Positions 39,391 to 48,698 of a stretch of 64,000 nucleotides of DNA are shown here, in pieces. Made by a program: the position numbers and the translations under genes. The stretch lies in the NCBI GenBank assembly GCA_035627675.1, contig DASPLH010000062.1:1500-65499 (forward strand), read 5' to 3'. This DNA is from Clostridia bacterium. Lineage in GTDB: Bacteria; Acidobacteriota; Terriglobia; Terriglobales; Acidobacteriaceae. The notes under the pieces were generated by a model, which was not told where the DNA came from, searched no databases, and saw nothing but the letters and a program-made list of their open reading frames with translations. The stretch's first letter is position 1, and every line of letters begins with the position of its first letter.

Positions 39391-40686
39391 CTAGCAGGCC
39401 AGGGCGTCGCGGGTGATCTTCAGGCCGTTCAGGTTTCCCAGGACGGAAACGGCGATCTGGTCTGTATGGAAGAACTCCTGCGCGACCTTCATCACCTCGT
39501 CCACCGTAACGGCCTCGATGCGATCGATCACCTCGGACATGCTCACGAAGCGTTCGTAGTACATCTCCTGGCGGGCGAGGTTCGACATCCGTGCTGTCGA
39601 GGATTCGAGGCTCAGCATCAGGCTGCCCTTGAGCTGCGCCTTGGCGCGCTGAAGTTCCTCTTCGTCCACCGGGGCGTGCTTCAGCGTACGGAATTCGTCC
39701 ACGATTGACGAGACCACCTTCATCGCCGAGTCGCGCGAAGTACCGGCATAGACCATCAGGCATCCTGTGTCGCGGTAGGGGTTCAACTCGCTGTAGATGG
39801 AGTAAGCCAGTCCCTGTTTCTCGCGGATGTTCTGGAACAGTCGCGAACTCATTCCGCCGCCGAGCAGCGTGTTCATCACGAACGACGAATACCGGTTCTG
39901 GTGCGATATGGAATAGGAAGGCACGCCGATGCAGATCTGCACCTGCTCGAGGGACTTCTTGTTTCGGAGCACGATCTTCGGCTGTGCCTTCGGGGGCACG
40001 TCGGACATGACATTCGCCAGCGGTTGCATGCGCTCGAACTTCTGGCACACGAGTTCGACGAAATCGTCATGCTTCAGATTGCCGGCGGCGGAGATGATCA
40101 TGTTGCCGGGCAGGAAGCGGGCCCCGTAGTAGTCGAACAGAACCCGCTGCTCGAACTTGCGTACGGTTTCCTTGGTTCCGAGGATGGGGCGGCCGAGCGG
40201 GTGGCCCTTCCAGAAATTCTGGACGAAGAGCTCGTGGACGAGGTAGTCGGGGTTATCTTCGTCCATCTTGATCTCTTCGAGGATGACGCCGCGCTCCTTG
40301 GTGATGTCGTCGTCCTTGAATACCGGGTTGAGCACCAGGTCGCTAAGGATGTCCATGGCGATGTGCAGGTGCTCATCGAGGACCTTGATGTTGAAGCAGA
40401 TGGTTTCCTTGGCGGTGAAAGCATCGAGGTTGCCGCCGATCGAGTCCACCTGGCGCGCGATGTCCTCGGCCGAACGCGAATCGGTCCCCTTGAACACCAT
40501 GTGCTCGACGAAGTGGGAGATGCCGTTGACCTCGGCGTCTTCGTGCCGTGATCCCGTCCTGATCCAGATTCCAGTGGAAACGGATCGAAGATGATTCATC
40601 TCCTCGGTCACTATCGTCAGACCGTTGGGGAGGACGGTTCGGCGCACGGTGCGAAGTTCGTCCACAAGCTGTCGTTCTGCTTTCAT
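39391..40686 (-). CDS. M16-family (pitrilysin/insulinase) zinc peptidase
   Basis: Has the inverted zinc motif HFVEHMVFKGT. 431 aa. Confidence 0.88.
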   Translation of the reverse strand: MKAERQLVDELRTVRRTVLPNGLTIVTEEMNHLRSVSTGIWIRTGSRHEDAEVNGISHFVEHMVFKGTDSRSAEDIARQVDSIGGNLDAFTAKETICFNIKVLDEHLHIAMDILSDLVLNPVFKDDDITKERGVILEEIKMDEDNPDYLVHELFVQNFWKGHPLGRPILGTKETVRKFEQRVLFDYYGARFLPGNMIISAAGNLKHDDFVELVCQKFERMQPLANVMSDVPPKAQPKIVLRNKKSLEQVQICIGVPSYSISHQNRYSSFVMNTLLGGGMSSRLFQNIREKQGLAYSIYSELNPYRDTGCLMVYAGTSRDSAMKVVSSIVDEFRTLKHAPVDEEELQRAKAQLKGSLMLSLESSTARMSNLARQEMYYERFVSMSEVIDRIEAVTVDEVMKVAQEFFHTDQIAVSVLGNLNGLKITRDALAC

Positions 40687-40832
40687 CTATGACTCCGGTA
40701 CGAATGCGGCAAGAAAACAATTCAGCGTTTTGGGGAACAGCAGCGAACGCGGGGCGTCTAGAATCTAAGGTAATAAGATCACAAAACCGACGGAACGACC
40801 CGTCGCGGAAGCCGCCCAGCTTAGTTGGATGC

Positions 40833-41957
40833 ATGAGTGAAGTCACCCAATTCGACTTATTAGGTCTTGATTATCAAGAGCTTAGCGCCATCATTGAGCG
40901 CCAGGAACAGCCCTTGTATCGGGCCAGACAGCTTTACGAGGCGGTGTACCGGCAGCGGCTGACGGGTCTGGAGACCGTCAGCACGCTCCCCAAGAGCCTC
41001 CGCGCGGATCTTGCCGGTCAAGGGTGGGGCATACGGCAGCCGGAGGTCGAGAGGCGCTTTTCCTCCGTGGACGGAACAGTGCGTTACCTGCTGCGCTTCA
41101 CCGATCAACAGAGCGTCGAAACCGTCTGGATGCCCGAAGGCGATGGCGGCGAGACTGGCGATGGAACGGACGCTGGCGACGAAACGACTGCCGCGAAGGC
41201 ATATGACCGCGCCACGATCTGTGTCTCCAGCCAGGTTGGCTGCGCCGTCAACTGCCAGTTCTGCATGACGGCCTTGCTCGGCCTCAAGCGGAACCTCACG
41301 GCGGGCGAGATCGTGGGGCAGATCCTGGTCGTACTCAACGATCACCAGGTCGATCTCGAGCGCGAGCGCATCAACCTGGTCTTCATGGGACAGGGAGAGC
41401 CTTTCCTCAATTACGAGCACTTCATCAAAGCCGTGCGGCTGCTGGTTGACGGCGTGGGCATCCCCGAGTCGCGCATGACGGTATCCACATCGGGCATCGT
41501 GCCGCGCATCTACGAGTTCGCCAGCGAGCCGGTGCGCCCGAAGCTGGCAATCTCGCTCAACGGGTCGAACGATCCCGGACGCGAACGCGTGATGCCGATC
41601 AACCGCAAGTGGAACCTGGAACACCTGCTGGGAGCGGCGCGGTCGTTCCCGCTGCGAAATCGCGAGCGCCTGACTTTCGAATACGTGCTGCTGGCTGGGG
41701 AGAACGACGCAGTCGAGAACGCTCGCGAGGTCGTCGAGCTTCTGCGAGGTCTGCGCGCCAAAGTCAACCTCATTGCGCTGAATCCCGGCCCCGGCATTCC
41801 GTTCGGAGAACCCGAGGAACGACGCGTGCTGGCCTTCCAGAAGGTGCTCGTTGACGCAGGCATTCCGGCCTTCCTTCGCCGTCCGCGTGGCCGCGACATC
41901 TACGCCGCGTGCGGACAACTGAAGCGCACGACCGAGCTGGTTACGCTCGGCTCTTAG
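40833..41957 (+). CDS. rlmN: 23S rRNA/tRNA (adenine-C2)-methyltransferase RlmN (radical SAM)
   Basis: Start at MSEVTQFDLLG. Has LYRARQLYEAVY, CAVNCQFCMT (CxxxCxxC), and GEPFLN. The conserved C-terminal Cys lies in AACGQL. Confidence 0.92.
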   Translation: MSEVTQFDLLGLDYQELSAIIERQEQPLYRARQLYEAVYRQRLTGLETVSTLPKSLRADLAGQGWGIRQPEVERRFSSVDGTVRYLLRFTDQQSVETVWMPEGDGGETGDGTDAGDETTAAKAYDRATICVSSQVGCAVNCQFCMTALLGLKRNLTAGEIVGQILVVLNDHQVDLERERINLVFMGQGEPFLNYEHFIKAVRLLVDGVGIPESRMTVSTSGIVPRIYEFASEPVRPKLAISLNGSNDPGRERVMPINRKWNLEHLLGAARSFPLRNRERLTFEYVLLAGENDAVENAREVVELLRGLRAKVNLIALNPGPGIPFGEPEERRVLAFQKVLVDAGIPAFLRRPRGRDIYAACGQLKRTTELVTLGS

Positions 41958-42026
41958 CCGGGGCGCCTTACTCCGCGCAACGCCGCTCCCGGCCATCGCA
42001 TCTGCTCTCTTACGCGCAACGGGAGC

Positions 42027-44345
42027 ATGTCTTTCGGGCCATTGCTGAACCGAGCCGCGCGAAGACATGGGGCTCTTGTGCGGAAGCAGATCCTGGCCGT
42101 AGCTCTTCTACTGACTTTCACTTTCGCCGGCTGCAATCGCGGCAAGCAGTCGCTCGCGACGGCCGAGCAACTGGAGCGAGAGGGGAAGACGCCGCTGGCT
42201 CTCGATGCCTATCGCGATCAACTCGCCCGCACTCCTTCTCGCGACAAGAAACAGCTCTCAATCATTCAGTTCCATATCGGCGAATGCCTGAGTGCCCTGG
42301 ATCGCCCCAACGAGGCCTTTTCGGCGTACCTGCGTGCCGTCGAACTCGACGATCGAAACACGAAAGCCCACCTGCGCCTCGGTGAGCTGTACCTGCAGGC
42401 CGGAGAGATGGAGCGCTCGAGCGAGCACGCATTGGCGGTGATCAGGAGTTCGGGTGCGAGCCCGGATGCGCTCGGGTTGGTCGGCGCAGCGGCCGCGGCA
42501 AACGGGAACACGCAGCTCGCGGTAGATGCCTTCACCCGCGCCTTGCAGATGGATCCGGGCCGCACGAAGATCGCGATCGCACTGGCCGAAGTGCATGAGA
42601 GCGAAGGCCGCTCCTCCGAGGCGCGTGAGGTCCTGATCAAGTCGGCGGAGGCGCAGCCCGGGAGTTCCGTTCCGTGGCTTACGCTGGGGCGGATCGAAGA
42701 GCAGGAAGGCAAGATACATGCCGCCGAGGGCGCTTATCGCAAGGCGGTGTCGGTGGAGGACACACCGGAAACGAACCTCAGGCTGGCGCAGTTCCTCGAA
42801 CGCACGGCTCGCGTCGAGGAAGCCAGGCAGGTACTGAAGAAGGTCGATGACATGCGGCCGTACTTCGCGGCGGCGCAAGGGGACTTCAACTTCCAGATCG
42901 AATCCACGGTCGTCGCGTCGAGACATTACAGGGCTGCCTTGGAATCCGGCGCGCCGAACCCTGGCAGTCCCGAGGCGGCACAGAGCCGCTCGCAACTGGT
43001 GGCACGCCTGGTCGAGGCTGATCTTGCGAACGCCAGCACGGACGCTGCGATGACGCGGTCGTCGGCAATCCGGTCGGCACAGCAGCACCTCGACCGGTAC
43101 CGCAGGGAAATCGACGCCGCGACTGGACACCTGCTCGCAGCCGAGATCGCACTGGCCAATGACGACCTCGTGCAGGCCTCGCTGTCGGCGACCTCCGCGC
43201 TCGAGTTGGCCCCGGACTCCGCGGCCACGCACTACATCTCAGGCATCGTTCGCTATCGATCTTCGGACCCGGCGGGCGCGCGCGCCGCATGGGACAAAGC
43301 CTTGCAGGTGCAACCATCCTACGTTCCGGCACGGCTCGCGCTGGCCGAGCAGGCGTTGCGCGAACGCGCGTACACGCAGGCGCAGGACTACGTCGTTCCC
43401 GTGGTGCGCCAGGAGCCTGCGAACGTCAGGGCGCTCGTGCTGTTCGCCCGCGTGCTGATCGCCACCAAGTCGTATGACTCGGCCGCCATCATCACGCAAC
43501 GCGTGAAGGCGCTGGCCCCAACGGCTGCATGGGCAAACATTCTGAATGGCGAGAGTGCCCTGGCCCAGAGGAAGTATGGGTCTGCGTTGCTCGAATACCA
43601 GCAGGCGATCCTGCTCGACACGCAATCGCGTGACGCCATGGACGGATTGATTAAAGTCTATGGAACGGGGCGGGTGGACCGCTCGATGCTGACGCGCATG
43701 GAGCGCATCGCCGCCGCGGAGCCGGTGTCGCCTACTCTCATGGAGATTACGGGCAGGGTGTTCGCGCGCATCGGACACTTCGAGGATGCGCAGCGCTGTC
43801 TCAAGGCCGCGCTCCAGATGGATCCGGATCGCCGCTCGGCCGCCGAGTGGCTGGCGAGAATCCAGGCGCATCGTGGAGACCTGCACGGGGCGACCGAGGC
43901 CGCGACCGGGGTCTCTGAGCTGTCGCCGATGTTGAACGGAGTCGGTGCCGAGCAGCGGCAGGATGTGGATTCGGCGATCAGGAACTACGAAGCTGCTGTG
44001 CGCAGCGGCGACACGACCGGTGTCGCGGCCAACAACCTCGCGTGGATCTACGCCCAGCAGCGCACCAACCTCGATCGCGCCCTAATGCTTGCGACACGCG
44101 CACGCGAACTCCAGCCCGACAACCCCGCCGTGCTGGATACGCTCGGATTCGTTCTGCTCGTCCGTCGCGAGTATTCGCGGGCGATCTCGGCGCTCGAGCA
44201 GGCCCAGCAACTCGCCTCGCAGCGAGGCGATCCCTCGGTGCTGGCCGAGGTCAAACATCATCTCGTCGAGGCGTACCTTCGCGCCGGCCAGACGGAACGC
44301 GCACAGTTGCTGGCACAAAAAGCCGCCTCTCCGGCGACGAAGTGA
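42027..44345 (+). CDS. Large TPR-repeat lipoprotein
   Basis: 772 aa. Signal plus lipobox-like FTFAGC, then many TPR-like 34-aa repeats. Confidence 0.7.
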   Translation: MSFGPLLNRAARRHGALVRKQILAVALLLTFTFAGCNRGKQSLATAEQLEREGKTPLALDAYRDQLARTPSRDKKQLSIIQFHIGECLSALDRPNEAFSAYLRAVELDDRNTKAHLRLGELYLQAGEMERSSEHALAVIRSSGASPDALGLVGAAAAANGNTQLAVDAFTRALQMDPGRTKIAIALAEVHESEGRSSEAREVLIKSAEAQPGSSVPWLTLGRIEEQEGKIHAAEGAYRKAVSVEDTPETNLRLAQFLERTARVEEARQVLKKVDDMRPYFAAAQGDFNFQIESTVVASRHYRAALESGAPNPGSPEAAQSRSQLVARLVEADLANASTDAAMTRSSAIRSAQQHLDRYRREIDAATGHLLAAEIALANDDLVQASLSATSALELAPDSAATHYISGIVRYRSSDPAGARAAWDKALQVQPSYVPARLALAEQALRERAYTQAQDYVVPVVRQEPANVRALVLFARVLIATKSYDSAAIITQRVKALAPTAAWANILNGESALAQRKYGSALLEYQQAILLDTQSRDAMDGLIKVYGTGRVDRSMLTRMERIAAAEPVSPTLMEITGRVFARIGHFEDAQRCLKAALQMDPDRRSAAEWLARIQAHRGDLHGATEAATGVSELSPMLNGVGAEQRQDVDSAIRNYEAAVRSGDTTGVAANNLAWIYAQQRTNLDRALMLATRARELQPDNPAVLDTLGFVLLVRREYSRAISALEQAQQLASQRGDPSVLAEVKHHLVEAYLRAGQTERAQLLAQKAASPATK

Positions 44346-44479
44346 ACAGCCCCTGCTCGTGCAGTAGCGCTCGAAGGCCTCCGCGGTCAGCGTACAGCGC
44401 GATGCAACAACGCGCACGGGTCCGCGCTCTAACCTGCGCAGATTTTGCAGTCCAACCGGATTTCACAAGGAGAGAAGTG

Positions 44480-45154
44480 ATGAGTAAACGTTGGGTCGCC
44501 CATTCTCTTGCGCTTGCCGTGACCATGGCAATGTCGCCTTACGTCCTGGCGCAGGACGCTCCCGCCGAGTCCGCGCAGGACGCGCAGCAAGGAGCGCAGC
44601 AGGCGCCGCGTGAGCACAAGGGCCACAGGGGGATGAAAGGCGCGAAGAGCGGCAAGTCGATGGATGCCATGTTCGTGAAGAAGGCCGCCAGCGGCGGCAT
44701 GGCCGAGGTTGAGCTGGGCAATCTCGCCAAGGACAAGGGCAGCAGCGACGCCGTCAAGCAGTTCGCCGACCGCATGGTGACCGACCACGGCAAGGCCAAC
44801 GACGAGCTCAAGTCGCTCGCCGGGCAGAAGAACTGGACGATGCCGGACGAGATGATGCCCGAACACAAGAAGCACCGTGACATGCTCGAAAAGATGTCCG
44901 GCGCCGATTTCGACCGGGCTTACATGCGCGAGATGATGCGCGACCACCGCAAAGACGTAGCGTCCTTCCGCCGTTGCGCCCAGAACTGCACCGATCCCGA
45001 CCTGAAGGCCTGGGCGCAGAAGACGCTGCCGATTCTCGAAGAACACGCCAAGCTGGCGCGCGAAACCGGCCAGCAGGTGGGCGTAACGCAGAGCGCCGCA
45101 AAGGGCGCCAGGTCGAAGAAAGACGGCGACGCCAGTGCTCCGACCCACCCGTAG
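44480..45154 (+). CDS. DUF4142-domain periplasmic protein
   Basis: ATG at 44480 after AAGGAGAG. Signal peptide present. FVKKAASGGMAEVELGNLA...FADRMVTDHGKANDELK...FDRAYMREMMRDHRKDV is the duplicated DUF4142 pattern as I remember it. Confidence 0.7.
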   Translation: MSKRWVAHSLALAVTMAMSPYVLAQDAPAESAQDAQQGAQQAPREHKGHRGMKGAKSGKSMDAMFVKKAASGGMAEVELGNLAKDKGSSDAVKQFADRMVTDHGKANDELKSLAGQKNWTMPDEMMPEHKKHRDMLEKMSGADFDRAYMREMMRDHRKDVASFRRCAQNCTDPDLKAWAQKTLPILEEHAKLARETGQQVGVTQSAAKGARSKKDGDASAPTHP

Positions 45155-45707
45155 TCGATTGGCGAAAGGGGCCGCGGCCGGAGCCATCGCAGGCCTGGCC
45201 GCCTCCTGGGCCATGAACCAGTTTATGGGCATGGTTGCGCGCGCGGTTGCCGGACCCAAGGCGGGCAACGACCCGCAGCGGCGCAAGTTCGCGATCGCCG
45301 AAGCCACGCGCGAGTGGCAGGAGAAAGCAGACCCCACCGGGCAGGTCTCCGATGCGTTGGCCGTTCGGCTTCTCGGGCGGCATCTCGACGAGCATGAACG
45401 CGCATTGGCCGGTCCGGTCGTCCACTACGCTTTCGGCGCACTCGCCGGAGCCGGATACGGAGCCGGCTGCGAAATCGCACCGGGACTGAACCGCGGATTC
45501 GGGGTGCCGTTCGCGTGGTCGCTTTGGATCGCAGGAGACGAGATCGCGAATCCGCTGCTTCGGCTCACGCCTCCGCCCAACCGGATTCCGCCGGCTTCGC
45601 ACGCGGCCCAGTTTGCATCGCACATCGTGTACGGGGTGGTCCTGGAAGGCGTGCGCCGCGCAATCCGCAACCCCTCGCTCGCTGCACGCGATGGCAAACA
45701 GGGCTGA
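45135..45707 (+). CDS. DUF1440-like membrane protein
   Basis: Gly/Ala-rich helices (GAAAGAIAGLAASWAMNQF, VHYAFGALAGAGYG). The start is uncertain; an in-frame TTG at 45159 sits just after the upstream stop. Confidence 0.5.
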   Translation: MLRPTRSRLAKGAAAGAIAGLAASWAMNQFMGMVARAVAGPKAGNDPQRRKFAIAEATREWQEKADPTGQVSDALAVRLLGRHLDEHERALAGPVVHYAFGALAGAGYGAGCEIAPGLNRGFGVPFAWSLWIAGDEIANPLLRLTPPPNRIPPASHAAQFASHIVYGVVLEGVRRAIRNPSLAARDGKQG

Positions 45708-46449
45708 GATTCGCATCGGCTGTTCGGGATGGCACTACAAGCATTGGGTGGGCCGCTTCTATCCCGAGCGATACCCGGCGTCGAAGATGCTGGACTACTA
45801 CCTCCGGCACTTCGACACGGTCGAGATCAACAACAGCTTCTATAAGCTTCCGGAGATCAACACGTTTGGCTGCTGGCGCGATGCGACACCCGGCGACTTC
45901 CGCTTTGCCGTGAAGGCGAGCCGGTTCATCACCCACAACAAGAAACTCAAGGACCCGCAGAACGCGCTGGAGAACTTCCTGCCCCGCGCCGAGGCTCTCG
46001 GCGACAAGCTTGGCCCGGTCCTGTTTCAACTTCCTCCGAAGTGGGGCATCAACCTCGCGCGGCTCGAGGAGTTCCTGACGGTGCTTCCGCGATATCACCG
46101 TTACACCTTCGAGTTCAGGGAGCCGAGCTGGCACACCGGGGAGACGTACGCGCTGCTGCGCCGGTTCAACGCGGCCTATTGCATTTACGAGCTCGCGGGC
46201 TATCACACTCCCCTCGAACTCACGGCCGACTGGACGTACGTGCGGCTGCATGGCCCCGGAGGCAAGTACCAGGGGAGCTATCCGGCTGACACGCTCGAGG
46301 CATGGGCCGAGCGCATTGTCGAGTGGAGCGAGCGGCTGCGCGCCGTGTACGTTTACTTCGACAACGACGACTCGGCATACGCGGCACACAACGCCATCGA
46401 CCTGAAGCGCATGGTGGACCACAAACTCCAGGCTGCGCACGCCGCGTAG
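45691..46449 (+). CDS. DUF72 (YecE-like) protein
   Basis: MANRAEIRIGCSGWHYKHWVGRFYP...FDTVEINNSFY is the canonical DUF72 N-terminus. Confidence 0.85.
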   Translation: MANRAEIRIGCSGWHYKHWVGRFYPERYPASKMLDYYLRHFDTVEINNSFYKLPEINTFGCWRDATPGDFRFAVKASRFITHNKKLKDPQNALENFLPRAEALGDKLGPVLFQLPPKWGINLARLEEFLTVLPRYHRYTFEFREPSWHTGETYALLRRFNAAYCIYELAGYHTPLELTADWTYVRLHGPGGKYQGSYPADTLEAWAERIVEWSERLRAVYVYFDNDDSAYAAHNAIDLKRMVDHKLQAAHAA

Positions 46450-46514
46450 CGCGGAAAGCGCCGCCGACGGCCGCCGCATCTATCTCCCTCGAAGAGGCAA
46501 ACGAGAGGAGCGCA

Positions 46515-47477
46515 ATGCCCCGGCAATCATCACCCCAGAAGAGTTCTCCTAAGAAGAAAGCATCGTCCAGCGTGCACGAGATGCCTCGGCGCGAGGAAAC
46601 ACAACCCGGCGCACTGGAAGAGCCCGAAGCGCCGTATCCTCGGCAGCACCAGGAGCGGCCGGGCATCGAGGCCGAGATGGAGCCGAGGCCGCGATACCAG
46701 GCTCCGCGGTACAGGCCGGCGGCGAAGCTGCAAGGCAAGGGTGCGCTCGTGACCGGAGGCGATTCCGGCATCGGCCGCGCCGTCGCCGTGCTCTACGCCA
46801 AAGAGGGCTGCGACGTCGCGATCGTGTACCTTCCGCAGGAGGAGCGCGACGCCGAAGAGACGCGCGAGGCCATTGAGGCCGAAGGAAGGCGTTGCGTGTT
46901 GATCCCGGGCGACCTCACCGACCCGGAGTTCTGCAGCGAGGCCGTGGAGACCGCGGTGGAGGAACTGGGCAGGCTCGACATACTGGTCAACAACGCGGCG
47001 TTCCAACAGCATCAGGAACGTCCGGAAGATGTGACGGACGAGCAGTGGGACCAGACGTTCAAGACGAACATCTATGGCTACTTCCGCATGGTGAAAGCCG
47101 CGCTGCCGCACCTGAAAGAGGGCAGCGCGATCATCAACAGCGGTTCGATCACCGGCCTCGAAGGCAACAAGATGCTGCTCGACTACTCAGCCACGAAGGG
47201 CGCGATTCACGCCTTCACGAAATCGCTGGCGCAGATGCTGGTCGAACGCAGGATCCGCGTGAATTGCGTCTCGCCCGGGCCCGTGTGGACTCCGCTGAAT
47301 GTCGCGGACAAGCCCGCCGAGCAGGTCGCAGAGCACGGACAGAACACTCCGATGAAGCGCGCGGCGCAGCCTGAGGAAGTCGCGCCGGCATACGTCTTCT
47401 TCGCGAGCGAGGCAGACTCCAGCTACATCACGGGCGAGGTGATCACCCTGCTGGGCGGCGAAACGGCGGCGGCTTAG
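46515..47477 (+). CDS. SDR-family oxidoreductase (YghA/YhdF general-stress type)
   Basis: ATG at 46515 after GAGAGGAG. Has TGGDSGIGRA, NNAA, and YSATKGA. The N-terminal extension is charged. Confidence 0.85.
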   Translation: MPRQSSPQKSSPKKKASSSVHEMPRREETQPGALEEPEAPYPRQHQERPGIEAEMEPRPRYQAPRYRPAAKLQGKGALVTGGDSGIGRAVAVLYAKEGCDVAIVYLPQEERDAEETREAIEAEGRRCVLIPGDLTDPEFCSEAVETAVEELGRLDILVNNAAFQQHQERPEDVTDEQWDQTFKTNIYGYFRMVKAALPHLKEGSAIINSGSITGLEGNKMLLDYSATKGAIHAFTKSLAQMLVERRIRVNCVSPGPVWTPLNVADKPAEQVAEHGQNTPMKRAAQPEEVAPAYVFFASEADSSYITGEVITLLGGETAAA

Positions 47478-47493
47478 CGTCCCGGAAGAGAAG

Positions 47494-47517
47494 AAGCCCC
47501 GCTTTCGGGCGGGGCTT
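47494..47517. terminator. Bidirectional hairpin between convergent genes
   Basis: GCCCCGC (47496-502) pairs with GCGGGGC (47509-15). Flanked by AAGAA and TTTCC. Confidence 0.5.
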
Positions 47518-47534
47518 TCCTGTGTCTTCGCGCG

Positions 47535-48041
47535 CTACTTCGCCGGCTTCTCGGTGAGCTTGCGTTCGAGATACTCGACGTGTCCCGCCTCGAACTCCGC
47601 CAGCTCCCTGTAGATGCGGCGCAGCGGAGCGTCGGTCGTGTTCTCCGCCAGAGAAGCGTAGAACTTCCTCGCCTGCTGTTCGGCGTTGAGCGCCACTTGC
47701 AGCGCGCGCTCCCGCGGAGAGAGGTCGGTCGTGCTGCCGGTGCCGAAAACATCGGTGTTGTCGAGACGCGGCAACTCGATCAGCTCTTGTAGATCTTCTT
47801 CGGTGATGGCGCAGGCGCGCTGCCCATACTGTTCGGTGTACTTGTGCTGGAGCAGCGTGCTGTGCCGGCGCTCCTCGGCCGCCATGTCCCAGAAGACGCC
47901 GGCGATCTCCAGCGATTCCAGGTCGCGAAACTCAACGAACATCTCGGCAAAACGGTGATAAAGCTCCGAGTTGCGCTCTTCGATAAAGACGGCTGTGTGC
48001 AGCGCTTCCTGCGGTGTGAGCGATAAGAATGAGCGCTTCAT
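47535..48041 (-). CDS. Ferritin-like/rubrerythrin-family diiron protein
   Basis: Two E...ExxH-type segments (EERNSELYHRF / AAEERRHSTLL, and NAEQQARKFY / AEFEAGHVEYL). Confidence 0.6.
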   Translation of the reverse strand: MKRSFLSLTPQEALHTAVFIEERNSELYHRFAEMFVEFRDLESLEIAGVFWDMAAEERRHSTLLQHKYTEQYGQRACAITEEDLQELIELPRLDNTDVFGTGSTTDLSPRERALQVALNAEQQARKFYASLAENTTDAPLRRIYRELAEFEAGHVEYLERKLTEKPAK

Positions 48042-48148
48042 GGGCGAACTCCCCAGTCCCCACTGTTACGTACTTGGACGCTGCCGCCGAGAGACTCGGC
48101 GCAAAAACTTTCCTTCGCTGCCGCGCTCGCCTCCCGCCCCGGTTTCGT

Positions 48149-48520
48149 TCAGGCGGATTTTGCGTCGCGCTCCCGCAGGGCGCTCAACCGCGCAATGGTA
48201 GCTCTGAGCCACTGTTCCAACCCCAGCACCAGCCGGGTCCGATCGCCCGAGGCCATCAACGAAGCGACGGTCTCGCCGCCATTCAGTTGGATGTAATGGC
48301 ACGGTACGTCCTCGGTCCTGGCCCACTCGGGAACGAATTCGGACAGCAGGCATTCGCGGCAGGCGTGAGGCCGTAGAGGATTGCCGAAATTGAGGCACGA
48401 GTAGCTTGCCTGGAACGGGGAGTTCAGTGCGCCGTCACCATTCCGCCTGTACCCGCCCTGCTCCAGGTAGCTCAGCTCGTACCTGAGTACTTCCAACACG
48501 TCGCGCGGATCGCCCGCCAT
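48149..48520 (-). CDS. Hypothetical 123-aa protein with four Cys
   Basis: ORF only. Cys residues lie at SCLNF, HACRECLL and VPCHY. No family recognised. Confidence 0.4.
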   Translation of the reverse strand: MAGDPRDVLEVLRYELSYLEQGGYRRNGDGALNSPFQASYSCLNFGNPLRPHACRECLLSEFVPEWARTEDVPCHYIQLNGGETVASLMASGDRTRLVLGLEQWLRATIARLSALRERDAKSA

Positions 48521-48698
48521 ATCTTCACCGCCGGGGCCCAGGACCTGAGACCGCTACATGATTGTTGTCCTGTTGCCGGTGCGCCGAAGTGATTGCCCTC
48601 ACAGGCTGGGGTGACGCCCGTGACTTTGGTCATCGTCGGCGCGCTGCCCGGGTGCGAGATTGAAGGTGTCAGCGGGGCTCCGCGGCGCAGGAGGCAAG